A stretch of DNA of 63,186 bases, counting the filler, from Octopus bimaculoides (Eukaryota), in assembly GCF_001194135.2 (NCBI RefSeq). It is 10 parts of 9 records of this genome, joined end to end, with 100 filler letters (N's around TTAATTAATTAA, not from the genome) between each part and the next. Parts side by side here need not be neighbours in the genome. Positions count along the whole stretch, not along the records: positions 35,945 to 56,867 come from NC_069003.1; positions 56,968 to 59,564 come from NW_026369154.1; positions 59,665 to 61,244 come from NC_068981.1; positions 61,345 to 63,186 come from NC_068987.1; 6 more parts are not named here. The stretch is one strand, 5' to 3'. Every line of letters starts with the position of its first letter. The stretch's first letter is position 1. Under the pieces are notes generated by a model that ran no database searches, was not told the origin of the DNA, and saw nothing but the letters and a program-made list of their open reading frames with translations. Below, piece by piece: positions 52,372 to 63,186 of this stretch. Position numbers and translations under genes: made by a program.

Positions 52372-53289
52372 ATGTATATATACATATNNNNNNNNNNNNN
52401 NNNNNNNNNNNNNNNNNNNNNNNNNNNNNNNNNNNNNNNNNNNNNNNNNNNNNNNNNNNNNNNNNNNNNNNNNNNNNNNNNNNNNNNNNNNNNNNNNNNN
52501 NNNNNNNNNNNNNNNNNNNNNNNNNNNNNNNNNNNNNNNNNNNNNNNNNNNNNNNNNNNNNNNNNNNNNNNNNNNNNNNNNNNNNNNNNNNNNNNNNNNN
52601 NNNNNNNNNNNNNNNNNNNNNNNNNNNNNNNNNNNNNNNNNNNNNNNNNNNNNNNNNNNNNNNNNNNNNNNNNNNATATATATATATATATATATATACA
52701 TATATATACATATCTGTGTGTGTGTAGATGTATGTAAATGTATAAATATGCGTGCATATGTATATCTATATATATTTTTATACACATACGTATGCGTTTG
52801 TGAGTGTTTGTATGTATGTTTGTATTTATATATATTCATGTAAATATGCATGTAAATGTATGTATGTGTTTGCGCGTGCAGTGGGGTCATACGCTTGTAT
52901 ACGTGTGTATATATATATCAGCGTATATATAATCTTTGAAAGGCAGATTTCTTTCCTCTATACATAAAGATACATACATATGTATGTATGTGTATCTTTA
53001 CATACATACACACATACATACATACATACAAATATATGTACTTGCATACGTACATACACGCATTCATACGTACATATGTATGTACATATATGTGTGCATG
53101 TGTGTGTATTTGTGTGTGTTTATATATACGTGTGTGTGTGTGTGTGTGTATACATACGTACATGTGCGTGTGCACACAGACACACGCGCGCGCACATACA
53201 TACACACATGTACACAGAGAAGTGTAAATTAAATAAGTTTAAAACGAGACAAAAAAAGAAGACAATAAGGTGAAGAATAAGAAGGGAGA

Positions 53290-53403
53290 GTAGAAGAAGA
53301 AGAAGAAGAAGAAGAAGAAGAAGAAGAAGAAGAAGAAGAAGAAGAAGAAGAAGAAGAAGAAGAAGAAGAAGAAGAAGAAGAACAAGAAGAAGAAGAAGAA
53401 GAA
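53290..53403. repeat. (GAA)n microsatellite
   Basis: Directly visible. Confidence 0.97.
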
Positions 53404-53782
53404 GGAAAGGGAGGAATAGAAGAACCAAAACGACAACAGTAAGAACAATCAAATGAATAAAATATCAAAGAAAAAATATATAAATGAATAGATTTGAAAT
53501 ATAATACACACACAAACATATACACAATATACGAACGAAAAAAGATGATAACAGGGAAGATAACACGCTCAAAAATAACAAAAACAAAGCTAAGCAGAAA
53601 TATGGCCTAGAAAGTGAAAGTGAAACTACACGATATTGCCATATCTAGGTCAAATATAACAACAGTAACAACAGCAATAACAGCAAACAGAGGCAACAGC
53701 AAACAGAGGCAACAGCAACGGTGATGACGATATATTTATAGCAATAGCAATAGCAGTGATAATGTTGATAGTAATAATAATA

Positions 53783-53837
<55 letters not shown>

Positions 53838-53956
53838 TTATGATGATAATAAAGGCGATGGTGCTTGAAATAATAGAAGTAGTAGTAGTAATATTACTAC
53901 TAGTAATACTACTACTGCTACTACGACTCCTAATCATAATCATAATAATCATAATT

Positions 53957-54008
<52 letters not shown>

Positions 54009-54812
54009 GTAGAAGTCGTAGTAATAGAAATAGGTATGGCAATTGTAACAACTGCAACAACAATAGTGATGGTGGTGGTGGCGGTGGTGGTGGTGGCGGT
54101 GGTAGTGGTGGTGGTGGTGGTGGTAGTAGTAGTAGTAGTGGCGAAGATGATGGCGATGATGATGATGATGATGATTATGATGATGATAACGTTGAGAATT
54201 GGGAAATTATGTTGCTGAAGGTACATTGATCGATCAGCGGAGTAAACTGTCATGCAATGCACTCTCTAAGCAATCCGTACACACACACACACACACACAC
54301 ACGCACGCACGCGCACGCCCTCATACGTGCGCGCACATACACATGCATATACATACATATATATATACAAATCTGTACATGTTTATACATACAGAGATGC
54401 CCGTACTTCTTCTGCCGTCTCCTCCCTCCCTCCTCCTCCCTGTTCCCCCTCATCGTACTCCTCCGTCTTCTCTTCGTCCCTACTACCCCTCCTCTTTCGC
54501 CCACATCCCTCCTCCTCCCCCTGTTCCCCACGCTGCCACTTCAAAGATCGATACTAGAATTATGAATTGCCAGCGAGAAACTGGGTCACTCATAGCTCAT
54601 AGCTCTCTTAATTCCTTAATATTTATCTATCTCCACCCCCCCCTTTCACTCTCCCCCTCTCCCTCCTTTCCCCCCTCTTGTTATACATACATACATTATG
54701 TTATATGTAAGTGGTTATTATGTATGTATGCATGAATGTATGTACGAATGTATGCATGAATATATACATATATATAAATATATATATATATATATATGTG
54801 TATGTACACATG

Positions 54813-54891
<79 letters not shown>

Positions 54892-55003
54892 GTACATGTG
54901 AATGTGTGAATATATGTAAATGTATATGTACATATATACTTATATATATACATATGTACATGTGAATGTGTGAATATATGTAAATGTATATGGACATATA
55001 TAC

Positions 55004-55042
<39 letters not shown>

Positions 55043-55456
55043 CATATATATATATACATATATATATAGCTATACATATATATATATATATGTTCATATG
55101 TGTCTACATAGATACATGTGCACACACACACACACACACGCACACGCACACGCACACGCACATATTCCTCATGGCGACCCAGAAATATCGGCACAAGGAA
55201 GAAAAAAATAAATAAAAACCGGAGTGAAGAGGAGAAGGATTAGGTAGGCCGAGAGCCGTGGCGACAATGTGGATTAGGGGGAGGGGCAATGTTTAGAAAC
55301 CTCTAGAAAATAAATGAAGGGGAAATCACGTAAAAAAATAGCGACATCGAAAAATCAACAACAGAATAGTGGGAGAAAAAGAGAGGGGAGTAGTAGTAGT
55401 AGTAGTAGGAGGTATGTGGTGTGTGTGCGTGTGTGTGTGTGTGTACGTATGCATGT

Positions 55457-55520
<64 letters not shown>

Positions 55521-55626
55521 AATAAAGTTATAGCGGGAGAGATAAGCAAATAGATATATAGAGAGAGTGTGAGAGTGTGGATTAGATACAGAGAGAGAGA
55601 GAGAGGGGGGAGGAAGAGCGAAAGGG

Positions 55627-55665
<39 letters not shown>

Positions 55666-55845
55666 GTGTATGACTGAGTGTCAGAGAAAGTATGCGAGAG
55701 AGAAAGGGAAAGACAAAGGGAGAGAAAGACACAGTCAAAGAAAGTGAGTCTGTGTGTGTGAGAGAGAGAGCGAGAGTGAGAGAGAGAGAAGACAAACAAA
55801 CAGAAGCAGGGTATGACAAAGCGTTAGAGAAAGGATGTGAAAAAG

Positions 55846-55897
<52 letters not shown>

Positions 55898-56967
55898 GGT
55901 GGGGGTGTAGATAAAGAAATGTGTTGACGGCAAAGAAGTGGAAACGAGGCTGACCAAAAACTGATTCTTACTCCGTGCTTGTGTGAAACTTTGTCGAGTT
56001 GGCTGATTAATTATTCATTAGCTTTAGACCCTCCCCTTTTTTCTTCCTTATTCTTATTCCTTTTCCTCTTCCTCCACTTCCATAGTGTGACTCGCCTCCT
56101 CCAGCTCCTCCTATCAATTTCCTCATGCTCTCTCTCTCTATCTATCTTTCTCTCTCTCTCTCTCTCACCCCCACCACGCCTTAATGTTCCTACTGACCAC
56201 GATTTGTCCCCCCCCCCGCTCGCAACCTCATTTCACTCCGAAAGCCGTAACTTGCCTTGTTATTAACACAGATCTCTCCACCACAACGACCATCACTAGA
56301 ACCCATCCCTACCACATACCCACCACGAAAAACCACAACCATCATCACCACCATCGCGCTACCATCTTCACCACCAACACCACCGTCACCACCAACACCG
56401 CAACCACCACCACCACCGCTATCACTTCAACCATCACCACAACCATCAACACCACCACTACCATCATCATCATCACCAACAACACCGTTACCACCTGCAC
56501 CACCACCAATGTCACTAACACCACCATCCCCGTCACCATGATACCACCATCAATACCGCCGCTACCACTACCACCATCACCATTACCACTGTTTCGTATC
56601 AACTACATCACCCCGTCCACACCATACAACACCACACCACGCATGGACAGCAGACCCATCAACATTACCAGAGTTTCCACTTATTAATTAAATTTACGAG
56701 TAAATGGAAGAGTATTCCATAGACACCGCAAGGCATACGATTCGATGTTGCTCCACTTCCGCCAATCATCGATCTCCTCCACGAAAGATCGGAAGGCAAA
56801 CTCGACATCGGCGGGAATTGAACTCTCAGTGCAAATGTCGGAAAAACTATCACGAGACCTGCTGTCCNNNNNNNNNNNNNNNNNNNNNNNNNNNNNNNNN
56901 NNNNNNNNNNNTTAATTAATTAANNNNNNNNNNNNNNNNNNNNNNNNNNNNNNNNNNNNNNNNNNNN

Positions 56968-59563
56968 AACGAAGGAACAAACTAGCGAAAGAACGAACGA
57001 ACGAGAGAAATAACGAACGACAGAACGAAAGAACGTACTTGTGTACGTACGAAGAAAAGAACGAACGAACAAACGAAAGTACGTTTGTACGTACGTTCAT
57101 ACGTAAGAATGAAGGAATGAACGAAAGTAAGTATGAAGAAAAGAACGAACGAACGATCGAAGGAACGAAGGAAACAACGAACGTACGTACGTACATACGA
57201 GCATCCGAACGATCGAAGGAAGGAACGAAACAACGAACGAACGTACGTACATACGTGCTTACGTACGTTCGTAGTTGCGTATGTGCGTAAGAACGTACTA
57301 ACGAACGTACATACAAAGGAACGAACTAGCGAAAGGACGACCGAACGAAATAACGTACGTGTGTACGTACGAAGAAACGCACGAAAGAATAAACGACACA
57401 ACGAACAACCCAAGGTACGTTTGTACGAACGTTCATATGTAAGAATGAAGGTATGAACGAACTAACGAACGTATGAACGCATGTTAGTACGAACGAACGA
57501 TCGTAATTGCGTACGTAGGTACAAACGAACGAACGTACGTGGGTGCGGACGAACGAACGAACGATCGAAGGAACGAGCGATCGAACGTACATACGAACGG
57601 ACGTACGTACGTACTTACGTATGTACGTACGAACGTTCAAAGGAACGTACATACGAACGAACGTATGTACGTGCTTACGTACGTAGTTCGTACTTGCGTA
57701 TGTGCGTAAGAACGTACATACGAAGGAACGAACTAGCGAAAGAACGAACGACCGAACTAAATAACGTACATGTGTACGTACGAAGAAACGAACGAACGAA
57801 CAAACCACACAACGAACAAACAAAGGTACGTTTGTACGTACGTTCATACGTAAGAATGAAGGAATGAACGAACGTAAGTACGTACGAACAAACGTACGTA
57901 CGTATGTAAGAACGAACGACCAAACGATCGAAGGAACGAACGATCGTACGTACATACGAACGACCGAATAGACGAAATGAATACACGAACGAACGTACGT
58001 CCGAACAAACAAAAGAACGAACGTACGTACGTTCGTAGTACGTACATTAGAATGAACAAACGTACGCACTTGTGAACGAAAGAAAGATAGAACGACAAAA
58101 ACAAATGAACGTACGTACGTCCGAAAGAACGAACGATCGAAGGAACGAATGAAACAATGAACGAACGTACGTACGTACGTGCTTACGTATGTTCGTACTT
58201 GCGTATGTGCGTAAGAACGTACATAGGAAGGATCGAACTAGCGAAAGAACAACGAACGAAAGAACTAACGAACGATCGAACGAAAGAACGTACGTGTGTA
58301 CGTACGAAGAAAGGAACGAACGAACAAACGACACGACGAACAAACGAGGGTACGTTTGTACGTACGTTCATACGTAACAATGAAGAAATGAACGAACGTA
58401 TGTACGTACGAAAGAACGAACGAATGTACGTACGTAAGTACGAACGAACGATCGTAATTGTGTACGTAGGTTCGAACGATCGAAGGAACGAACGAATGTA
58501 CGTACGAGCGATCGAACGTACATACGAACGATCNNNNNNNNNNNNNNNNNNNNNNNNNNNNNNNNNNNNNNNNNNNNNNNNNNNNATCGTACGTACATAC
58601 GAACGATCGAACGTACGGACGTACGTACCTACTTACGTTGGTACGTACGAACGTTCAAACGAACTAACGAAAGAACGGTCGAAGGAAAGAACTAACTAAT
58701 GAACGACCGAACGAAAAAACGTACGTGCGTACGTACCAAGAAACAAACGTACGTACCAAGAAACAAACGTACGTACGATCGAGCGAACTAAGGAAGGTGC
58801 ATACATACGTCCGAACGTAGGTATGTACGAACGAACAAAAGAACGAACGAGCGTACGTACGTACGTAGTACATACATTAGAATGAACAAACGAACGAACG
58901 TACGCACTTATGAACGAAAGAAAGTTNNNNNNNNNNNNNNNNNNNNNNNNNNNNNNNNNNNNNNNNNNNNNNNNNNNNNNNNNNNNNNNNNNNNNNNNNN
59001 NNNNNNNNNNNNNNNNNNNNNNNNNNNNNNNNNNNNNNNNNNNNNNNNNNNNNNNNNNNNNNNNNNNNNNNNNNNNNNNNNNNNNNNNNNNNNNNNNNNN
59101 NNNNNNNNNNNNNNNNNNNNNNNNNNNNNNNNNNNNNNNNNNNNNNNNNNNNNNNNNNNNNNNNNNNNNNNNNNNNNNNNNNNNNNNNNNNNNNNNNNNN
59201 NNNNNNNNNNNNNNNNNNNNNNNNNNNNNNNNNNNNNNNNNGTTCAAACGAACGAACGAACGATCGAAGGAAAGAACTAACGAACGATCGAAGGAAAGAA
59301 CTAACGAACGAAAGAACGTACGTGCGTACGTACCAAGAAACAAACGTACGTACGATCGAGCGAACTAAGGAACGTGCGTACATACGTCCGTATGTACGAA
59401 CGAACGTACGTACGAACGAACAAAAGAACGAACGAGCGTACGTACATTAGAATGAACAAACGAACGAACGTACGCACTTGTGAACAAAAGAAAGTTCGAA
59501 CGAACAAACAAATGAACGTACGTACGTCGGAACGAACGATCGAAGGAACGAACGAAACAACGA
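56968..59563. repeat. Complex AACG/TACG tetranucleotide-derived satellite with higher-order units
   Basis: The whole scaffold piece is built from AACG/TACG/GATCG variants, with recurring landmarks. Confidence 0.95.
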
Positions 59564-59664
59564 ANNNNNNNNNNNNNNNNNNNNNNNNNNNNNNNNNNNN
59601 NNNNNNNNTTAATTAATTAANNNNNNNNNNNNNNNNNNNNNNNNNNNNNNNNNNNNNNNNNNNN

Positions 59665-59997
59665 TTTGGAAACTTGGTCAACGTTATTGAACTGTCATGC
59701 CATGTATTGGAATTGTTATTATGTAATGCTCTATTCTAATGTTTTAAATGTATTCTGTGATGTTATGTACGACTAAAAGAAAAGGTTACCCAACGCATGG
59801 TCTTCGTGTTGTTTCTTCCTCCCCGTCCTATTTGCCTGTGTTGTTCTTCGTTACGTGCTCCAGCCGGGGCTTTATTATCGGTCAGGATTGTACCGACAGA
59901 CGAATTTTGCTAGCTCACTGAGTGTATGAACGTTCGCGCGTGCGCGAGTCCCCTCTTCGGTGTTAAGAGGGTGCTTCGCGTGCGGGCGTTCGTAACA
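59665..59997 (+). mobile_element. LTR-like fragment ending ...CGTAACA
   Basis: Terminus CGTAACA (TGTTACG on the other strand) is typical of Gypsy LTRs. GC-rich hairpin at the end; no PBS follows. Confidence 0.45.
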
Positions 59998-60922
59998 ATA
60001 TATATATGAGAGGTATTGGTGTCTAGGTGACCCAAAGAGTGGTAGGTAGCGCTAAGTAAGTGCTATGGACAGACCGTAATTAAACTCTAGGTTAGATAAT
60101 GATACCAGTGAGGAGACTAAAGTGGGTCGCACGCGTGTGTGTGTGTGCGTGTACGTATGCGTACAGCATGTGAGTGTTGGCATGTATGTATGTATGAGCA
60201 CGTTGTAAACATCCATTTTTTCTTGCTGCGGGTGATGAGATATGGCTAGCGACATATTGAAACATTGCATGTTATTTTAGTGTATGTGCATATACACAGA
60301 TAAAAAATTATAAGGGAGAGAATTAGAGAAAGAAGGAGAAAGTAAGAGAGGTGAGGAGAGGGTCTTGAAAAATTGACAGTTGAAACGTATCTTAATTCAA
60401 ACTTACAGTTTAGCTGATTGATATGTCGTCTCACCGATCACGTTGACTCTGAGTAGACATTCAAAAATCATTGAAGCAATAATGAGATCACTATGATTAA
60501 ATTTATAATTAGACTGATGAAATTAAACTGAATTAATATCAATTATTATGTTTCTCTATCCACGGTAAAACTAGGACAAACTTTCACGTAATATATACTG
60601 AAGCCTCACTCCTTTCTATGTTGTAAACAGGAATAAAAATGTTTAAAAACTTATCTAGACAAATATGCGTTTTCCGCTGTTTTGTTTACTAGCTGTCACT
60701 GCAAACGAAATTCACTACAGTTAATTATTTGAAGTGCTGATCTAAGTTCCGTCTTCTTTCACAATATAACAAAATAAAAAAAAAAGGAAAATGCTAGATG
60801 ACTACTTCAGATAACTTAAATGAAATACAAGAGTAGTATTTCAGATAACGTGATCCAACACGAGTTTCATTTGTGATACAGAAATATTTATAATACAAAA
60901 AGATACATATAAGATAATTAAA

Positions 60923-61135
60923 TTATTTTTTAATTGCCCACAGAGAGCTAAAAATAGCGGGGACAAACAAAGGGATTAAGTCGATTACATCTAGCCCTAG
61001 TGCGTAACTGGTACTTATTTAATCGACCCCGAAAGGATGAAAAGCAAAGTCGACCTCGGCGGCATTTGAACTCAGAACGTAACGGCAGACGAAATACCAA
61101 TTTCTTTATTGCCCACAGGGGGCCAAACATAGAAT
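60923..61135 (-). mobile_element. SINE family C tandem (one 5'-truncated unit plus a second tail)
   Basis: Homologous to the 13681-13896 unit. Confidence 0.85.
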
Positions 61136-61344
61136 GGTACAAAACAACTGATTGGGATCAGTAATGCGAATGGTTTACATAAAATATGACTTTAAAAATT
61201 TTATAAAATATAAAAAATCGAATGATATTAACAGTACGTTAGACNNNNNNNNNNNNNNNNNNNNNNNNNNNNNNNNNNNNNNNNNNNNTTAATTAATTAA
61301 NNNNNNNNNNNNNNNNNNNNNNNNNNNNNNNNNNNNNNNNNNNN

Positions 61345-61532
61345 CTCTTTCTCGGTCGGCCGGCCATGAGCATGGACGTGTCAAGCAGTGTCTCCAACAT
61401 TCCAACTCTGGAGACAGTCTCTTTACGTGTTTAGCTGTCTCTCTTCATCTTTCGAACTTACGCTCGACAGCTCGCTTACATCTACATACCCACGTCCCAA
61501 CAACTATGCTCACACACACAGAAGCTGTAACA
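61345..61532. mobile_element. Possible LTR terminus (...GCTGTAACA)
   Basis: TGTTACAGC-type end and an internal 8-bp hairpin TGTCTCCA/TGGAGACA. Weak. Confidence 0.25.
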
Positions 61533-61721
61533 ACAAGAGCTAAAGATGTATATATTTACCACCTGAATAAATGTTGTTTAAGTTGATAGTCTGGAGTTCA
61601 GTGTTCCGTTATATTCTTAATTTTATATAGGAAAGTCAGGTATATATCTAATGATATATAACCAACTTTCCTATAGTATGATATCTTTTTTCTATGTGAT
61701 ATATTCACAAAATTAAATGAT

Positions 61722-62704
61722 TTGAATAAGTTATTTCAAGGAAACAGAAAAACTCTCATTGATTGTAAATTATTTATCACTACCTTTACTTTGAAATTGG
61801 TTCCGTATAAGATTAACCTCTCAAAACGTCAGTTCCTTCAATTTTCACAACTTGATTCTTTGCACGATAACATGGTGGAGCAATTTCAAGATGTTATTGT
61901 GCTGAATATTCCAAATTAGTATAGCAATCCGTTTGAGGTTGATGCAGTCAATTGCGAGGATGACGTTCATGGGGAATTGATAGAATTACAAGATGACAAT
62001 GACGCCACAATGCGATATCGCCGTAATGGCAAAGAAGGTTTGTGGTACCATTACAGTATATTGAATTCCTACCCCGATCTCTGGAAACATCTGAAATTAC
62101 TTTTGTTTGCTTTCCCTACCTCATACCTGGTTAAATCTTGTTTTAACCATGTTGGAACTTTACTTTCCCATAAAAGAATTGAACTGGATGTGATACAACG
62201 AGGAGACTAGCAGTTAAAGTTGACAAGTTTGAAATCAAATATATCTGCACTAGCTGCATCACACGAGACACATGGTTCTCATTAAAAAGTTGTATTCTTT
62301 TCCTTTATAGTACAATCATTAATTATTTTTGCATCGGTAGTTCTGATCAATGGTTCATTTGGGGAAAATGAAAATCAGTGTAAAAGAAAGCGCAAGTTTC
62401 CAGAAGTTAATCTGTCTGCATAATATAGAGTTAATGTTAGAATTTTATTCACACTAATGGCAAAACTAAACCCACAACAAGGGATTTGTAAACAACCACA
62501 TATTTAGTCCAAACGGCACCAACAGGGCAATGAGTCTACGATATAGTGTATGTGTCAGATGATACAAGGGGGTGTTTTCCTAGGGGATTTTGTGTTGGGA
62601 GCGGTTGTGTTAGGATTTTTTTTTACACAGGTGGGCGATGGAGCATTTTTTGGCTGATAGGTGGGCGATATTGCAATTTGACGCAAAAAGTTAGGGAAAC
62701 ACTG
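61722..62704 (+). pseudogene. hAT (Buster/Charlie) transposon 3' half
   Basis: One frame with stops at 61917 and 62208: ...LHDNMVEQFQDVIVLNIPN*YSNPF...GELIELQ...YPDLWKHLKLLLFAFPTSYLVKSCFNHV..LL..KR..LD...RGD*QLKLT...H* (end 62285). Right TIR TTAGGGAAACACTG (62691-704) is followed by GACTAGAC, fitting the Buster nnnTAnnn target. Confidence 0.85.
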
Positions 62705-62833
62705 GACTAGACCTTCAACGACCGGAGAACGTTCAAAAGGTCAGCATATTCTCATTAATCTGTAAGTGCTGAGAAAAGAAAACAAAAGACTTCAAATATA
62801 TTGTTTAAAATGCTGATTTTTCTGCGAGTAAAA

Positions 62834-63186
62834 AGGCTTGGGTAACTTGCAGTCTCGCACCATGTGCGGGCCCTGACACCGGAAACACTGTCCTTTGAAC
62901 GGTCGCACACGTTCCTTGTTCGACCCCTCTGCGCTACTCCTTGGTCGGCCACCTTTTGCTGTTGCAGCCAACGGCGTCGATCTACAACACGAAACTAGCA
63001 CGTGAGCACGCGTTATAATATCCGCCATCGCCATGGAGTTCACATTCGGCAGTTTCTGCAATTCGACCGACATGTTATCAGGAAAACCAGTCACAAACGC
63101 CAACTTAACTGTCCGATCTAGCGATTCTCCCTCGTACCCCGCCAGTTTAGCCAATCTCCTGAGTTCGTTGGCAAACACGTCGACCT
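62834..63186 (-). pseudogene. gag: Ty3/Gypsy gag C-terminal fragment (continues beyond the window)
   Basis: VDVFANELRRLAKLAG...VKLAFVTGFPD..SVELQ, plus zinc knuckle CFRCQGPHMVRDC (62849-62887). No protease follows. Confidence 0.8.

Noticed and set aside
56184-56687. Thr-rich mucin-like ORF
   Set aside because: A degenerate (CAC/CAA) repeat open in multiple frames, with no signal peptide or splice support.
59665-63186. LTR fragments plus gag as a single Gypsy element
   Set aside because: They are separated by an assembly spacer and a hAT remnant, with no PBS or PPT next to the LTR-like ends.

Overview
Repeat-dominated animal genomic DNA, most likely an octopus (inferred from recalled Octopus-type tRNA-derived SINEs, TTAGGG repeats and dense microsatellites). 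The window is not one locus. Nine identical 100-nt spacers (44 N + TTAATTAATTAA + 44 N) join ten unrelated scaffold pieces, and there are many other N gaps. I could not support any intact host protein-coding gene; nearly all ORFs in the supplied track are microsatellite or N artefacts. Recognisable content: three tRNA-SINE families; remnants of Tc1, mariner, hAT-Buster and Helitron-like elements; an RTE LINE end with tandem zinc fingers; a Penelope-like (PLE) endonuclease C-terminus; a Gypsy gag fragment; and LTR-like pieces. Main observations: (1) about ten minimal hammerhead-ribozyme-like motifs from several unrelated families, best at 29417-29469 (inside a repeat-bounded 370-bp unit) and 36906-36942; (2) a 626-bp foldback transposon with perfect 37-bp TIRs, an 8-bp TSD and a palindromic telomere-repeat core, nested in a second 126-bp inverted-repeat pair; (3) a 2.6-kb CpG-rich AACG/TACG satellite with higher-order structure; (4) a head-to-tail SINE array with identical junctions. 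Family names come from recalled motifs, not database searches.
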